A stretch of DNA of 39,082 bases from Candidatus Beckwithbacteria bacterium. GTDB taxonomy: Bacteria; Patescibacteriota; Microgenomatia; UBA1400; CG1-02-47-37. Location of the stretch: positions 1 through 39,082 of the forward strand of contig JBDRQW010000110.1 in assembly GCA_043826085.1 (NCBI GenBank), in the 5' to 3' direction. Under the pieces are notes generated by a model, which had not been told where the DNA came from, made no database searches, and was given only the letters and a program-made list of their open reading frames with translations. The stretch's first letter is position 1. Every line of letters starts with the position of its first letter. Below are positions 36,314 to 39,082 of this stretch, one piece after another. The position numbers and the translations under genes are program-made.

Positions 36314-39082
36314 AAGTAGTATTTTTTATATTAGTTTTGGGGGCTGGATTATTGTGGGCAAAAGAAGCTAGGGCTGATTATTGCGGTAAAACTTGTGTAT
36401 GTGGTAATTATGATTGCGATTGTTTTGGTGCTACTGAGGCTTCTTGTAAAGCTGTATGTCAGGATCCCAGTGAAAGTGTAACAGAAGATAATTGTGAATG
36501 GGTACTTTCATGTGGAAATCTTAATCAGCCTTGTTGTTTTAACGATTCGTGTAATGGCGCTTTAGTTTGTTATAGTGGGATTTGTAAGAATGCATGTACG
36601 GATAAGTGTACTAACAGTGAGCCACTTCAATGTAGGAATGGTGATATTCAGTCTAATAATTGTGATAAAAGTGGGGACTGTAATGAGTGGGATGGATGGG
36701 TGACGAATACAGATTGCGGAGAGGGTTTTTGTACATATGATGCTAGCGGTAATCCAATATGTCAAATTCCTTATTGTGAGAATGGAGACTGTAATGATGC
36801 AGCGTGTCGTGATTCTGATGGCGGGTGTGATATTAGTGAAATGTGTGTGGAATGTTATACAAACTCAACTAAAAGTAACTGGATGTATGATACGTGTGAG
36901 TTTATGTATGATTGTGAGGATTATGAGGGCGAGTGTCATCCTATAGAAACGTGGTGTGGTGGGGATGCTAGTTGTCCGCCGGCATCGGGGCCGTCTGCTA
37001 ATACTCAAGCGACTATTGATAATTGCGGGGGGGTTGATTGTGAAGATCCGGCTAGTATTGATTGTGGAGGAAATCCGGGAAACCCGGGGTGTACGGAAAA
37101 TTGGCAGGAGCAGGGTTGTGAAGCCTGTGGTTGTGCCAGTGATCAGATGTGTTTAAGGGATGAGAATGATTGCGGGGGGGCTGATCAATGTAATTATGAT
37201 GCAAGTTGTCTTATAAATCCCCCAACATGTTCGATGACGGCTGGGGATTTAAAACCGATGATAAATCAAAGTTATAATTATACCGCTACAGGAAATGCAG
37301 GTGGTGGGAATTTGACTTTTCTTAAGTTGTTTGAGACGGTGGCGATTGATCCGCCGGTACCTAATGAGTTGACTGGTTCGCCTTGTACAATTGGTTCTTG
37401 TACCGCTTCTAAGAGTTGGAATAGTTTAGGTTATAAGTATGTGATGTGCAATGCTTTTAATGATACTATTCCACAAGACGAAACTAATAGTAGATGTACC
37501 GGAAATCCATATAAGACTGTTTTTGATACTTGGTCAGATTGTGATGTAGCTGATAGCGATCAGATGACAGTGGCGGTGGTGGATGATAAAACTTGTACGG
37601 TGACTTTGGATAATGATAGTATTGAAGCTGGAGAAAGTGTAACGATTACTTATTCCGGAGATGTGAATGGGCCGGAAAGCGATACGGTGAGAGTGTGGGT
37701 GGAAAAGCAAGATGGGAGTCAGGTTACTCTTACTCTTCAGCCGTCTCCAACAACCGAGTGGCATAATTTAGATTTAGATTTGTATTTTTATGTTTCAGAT
37801 AATAGTTGTACTATTGCCACAGGTGATATTACTACGGGTTATGATGATAGTTGTGCTAATGATAGGGATCAAGTGATTACTTTTCCGGAAGTGGGAGAAT
37901 ATTATATTCATTGTGATTTGGAAGCTGATCCGAGAAGATGCAGTGGTAATCCGTTTTGTACTCATGAACTTGGAATTGATCCGGCTGTTCCTAATCCTCC
38001 AGGCACTCATAATTGCGTAGATTGGGTGAGTTGTAGTGAGAGTGATAATGTATCTTTGAGTGTAACAGTGCCGGTGGGTGATATATCCGGGACGATTTAT
38101 GATGCTGACAGTGGGTTAGGGGTAAAAGGGGTAAAACCCGGAGATGGTTCTTTTGTTAAAGTTATAACAACAACCAATCAGGATCCAGGTTATACAGGTA
38201 ATGTTGATATTGATGGTGGTTATACTGTGATTGATGTACCGGAAGGGGAAAGCTATGCAGCGGGCTTGACAATTATGGACTCAAGCTATGTATGTACTAG
38301 TATTAATCCAATTCCGTTGCTTCCGTGTATTTATAGCGGGACAACTTTGTTTACTCCTCCTATGGACGCTCTAGACTTTTATGTGACTCAGATTAGAGAT
38401 GCCTGGTGGCAGGCGGAGGATGCTTGCTTGCATGCTAATGGTGATGTTAGTTCCAGTGTTCCCGATACGGCAGACGATCCATTTTTGATTACCGGCATAT
38501 CAGGTTTGGTATCCTATAGTGATAATTTATTAAATCCTTCTGCGGGAATGATTAATAAAACTCTTGATGAGTGGCGGGTAAAAACAAGCCATGATATTAC
38601 TAAAACAGATTATGCTTATTTTGAAAAACTTTTATCTGAGGATCCGGTTGATTTTGAGACTTGGGATGGAAATATTCCAGATAAAAATGGAGTGTTTTAT
38701 AGTGATGCTCCTAAGGATACTGTGGATAGCTGGGATATTCCAAGTGGCCAATCAAGCGTGATTTTAGTTGATGGTGATGTAGTGATAACTGATAATATTG
38801 AGGTAGAAAGCGGAGAATTTTTAGCAATTATTTCTTCCGGTAATATTACTATTGCCGATGATGTAACCGTGGTTCAAGGGGTTTATATTGCCGATGGAGT
38901 GTTTAGGAGTTGTGAGATAGATGGTGATGGGTCTGACTCTAAACTTAATGCACAAGGTACTTTTGTTGGTTGGGGAGGAGTGACTTTGTGTAGGGATTTT
39001 GAAGATACTCGAAATAATACCAATCCGATTGAGATGTTTAAATATCGACCGGATTTTTTGCTATCTATTTATAAATATCTGA
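36301..39082 (+). CDS. Giant secreted cysteine-rich surface protein (over 927 aa); 3-prime end beyond the window
   Basis: Absent from the ORF track because it is open to the window end. The ATG at 36301 overlaps the upstream stop codon by 13 nt. Signal peptide MRFIKVVFFILVLGAGLLWAKEARA precedes DYCGKTCVCGNYDCDCF. Then come a roughly 300-aa Cys-dense region, two tandem domains with RC[ST]GNP[YF], a CarboxypepD_reg-like segment (GDISGTIYDADSG...YTVIDVPEGESY) and a beta-helix-like C-terminal part (VILVDGDVVITDNIEVESGEFLAIISSGNITIADDVTVVQGVYIADG). Confidence 0.75.
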   Translation, partial: MRFIKVVFFILVLGAGLLWAKEARADYCGKTCVCGNYDCDCFGATEASCKAVCQDPSESVTEDNCEWVLSCGNLNQPCCFNDSCNGALVCYSGICKNACTDKCTNSEPLQCRNGDIQSNNCDKSGDCNEWDGWVTNTDCGEGFCTYDASGNPICQIPYCENGDCNDAACRDSDGGCDISEMCVECYTNSTKSNWMYDTCEFMYDCEDYEGECHPIETWCGGDASCPPASGPSANTQATIDNCGGVDCEDPASIDCGGNPGNPGCTENWQEQGCEACGCASDQMCLRDENDCGGADQCNYDASCLINPPTCSMTAGDLKPMINQSYNYTATGNAGGGNLTFLKLFETVAIDPPVPNELTGSPCTIGSCTASKSWNSLGYKYVMCNAFNDTIPQDETNSRCTGNPYKTVFDTWSDCDVADSDQMTVAVVDDKTCTVTLDNDSIEAGESVTITYSGDVNGPESDTVRVWVEKQDGSQVTLTLQPSPTTEWHNLDLDLYFYVSDNSCTIATGDITTGYDDSCANDRDQVITFPEVGEYYIHCDLEADPRRCSGNPFCTHELGIDPAVPNPPGTHNCVDWVSCSESDNVSLSVTVPVGDISGTIYDADSGLGVKGVKPGDGSFVKVITTTNQDPGYTGNVDIDGGYTVIDVPEGESYAAGLTIMDSSYVCTSINPIPLLPCIYSGTTLFTPPMDALDFYVTQIRDAWWQAEDACLHANGDVSSSVPDTADDPFLITGISGLVSYSDNLLNPSAGMINKTLDEWRVKTSHDITKTDYAYFEKLLSEDPVDFETWDGNIPDKNGVFYSDAPKDTVDSWDIPSGQSSVILVDGDVVITDNIEVESGEFLAIISSGNITIADDVTVVQGVYIADGVFRSCEIDGDGSDSKLNAQGTFVGWGGVTLCRDFEDTRNNTNPIEMFKYRPDFLLSIYKYL

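Noticed and set aside
36562-38010. Track ORFs 36562-36765, 36737-36946, 36956-37156, 37534-37764 and 37795-38010.
   Set aside because: All lie inside, or antisense to, the long open frame starting at 36301 that has a signal peptide and a coherent domain structure. Their translations are low-complexity.
1-39082. I considered alternative genetic codes (UGA as Gly or Trp, as in some CPR lineages and mycoplasmas).
   Set aside because: TGA terminates well-conserved proteins at the expected lengths (mreB, dcd, pyrE, tmk fusion), often in ATGA overlaps. No conserved protein needs read-through.
32997-39082. I looked for a diversity-generating retroelement (template/variable repeat pair) associated with the giant surface proteins.
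   Set aside because: I saw no reverse transcriptase ORF and no roughly 100-bp near-repeat with adenine-specific differences in the window. This cannot be excluded for the part of the gene beyond the window.
1-39082. I looked for tRNA, rRNA, tmRNA or other structured RNA genes in the intergenic gaps.
   Set aside because: The gaps are short and are accounted for by promoters, REP-like palindromes or terminator hairpins. I saw no cloverleaf-compatible sequence. Only a covariance-model scan would be decisive.

Overview
This is an AT-rich, gene-dense bacterial chromosomal segment that uses the standard genetic code: TGA acts as a stop in the ATGA overlaps at mreB/mreC, dcd/next gene and pyrE/pyrF. 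I found no rRNA, tRNA or CRISPR array. Shortened fmt, dprA, EF-Ts and MreD, an O-antigen-ligase-like/TPR protein, many toxin-antitoxin (TA) pairs and giant envelope proteins suggest a reduced-genome Patescibacteria/CPR-type organism; this placement is inference only.

Layout:
- 1-4825: partial M50 protease, rpmB, nadD, fmt, def and an O-antigen-ligase-like gene.
- 4826-8692: mreB-mreC-(small ORF)-mreD-PBP2.
- 8749-13286: a PaaX-like ORF, dprA, a MazG-like ORF and topA.
- 13277-24568: a roughly 11 kb nucleotide-metabolism block. It holds class II RNR, a RAYT-like transposase, dcd, a kinase-HAD fusion and a deoxyribosyltransferase-like/Tmk fusion. A structured leader then precedes an operon made of an anticodon-domain-less AsnRS-like core fused to an MGS domain, pyrD, a small Cys ORF, pyrE, pyrF and prs.
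- 24571-25273: a second RAYT-like gene bracketed by inverted 23-bp REP-like palindromes.
- 25330-29499: vapBC-like pair, rpsB-tsf-frr, relBE-like pair and rseP.
- 29503-32996: a same-strand array of TA cassettes (AbiEi/AbiEii, MntA/HepT, HEPN/NT, HicB plus a decayed hicA). The cassettes are separated by a 22-bp perfect palindrome.
- 32997-39082: a three-gene envelope operon ending in a signal-peptide, cysteine-rich protein of more than 927 aa that runs off the window.

Most notable observations:
- At least six families of GC-rich palindromic mini-elements occur. Several sit inside intact housekeeping ORFs (fmt, PBP2, topA and four or more in the ligase-like gene), and two RAYT-type genes are present.
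- The aaRS-core/MGS fusion heads the pyr operon behind an attenuator-like leader.
- The palindrome-delimited TA cassette array has extended -10 promoters 7-9 nt from the start codons, implying leaderless mRNAs.
- The giant envelope operon encodes proteins with no recognisable family.
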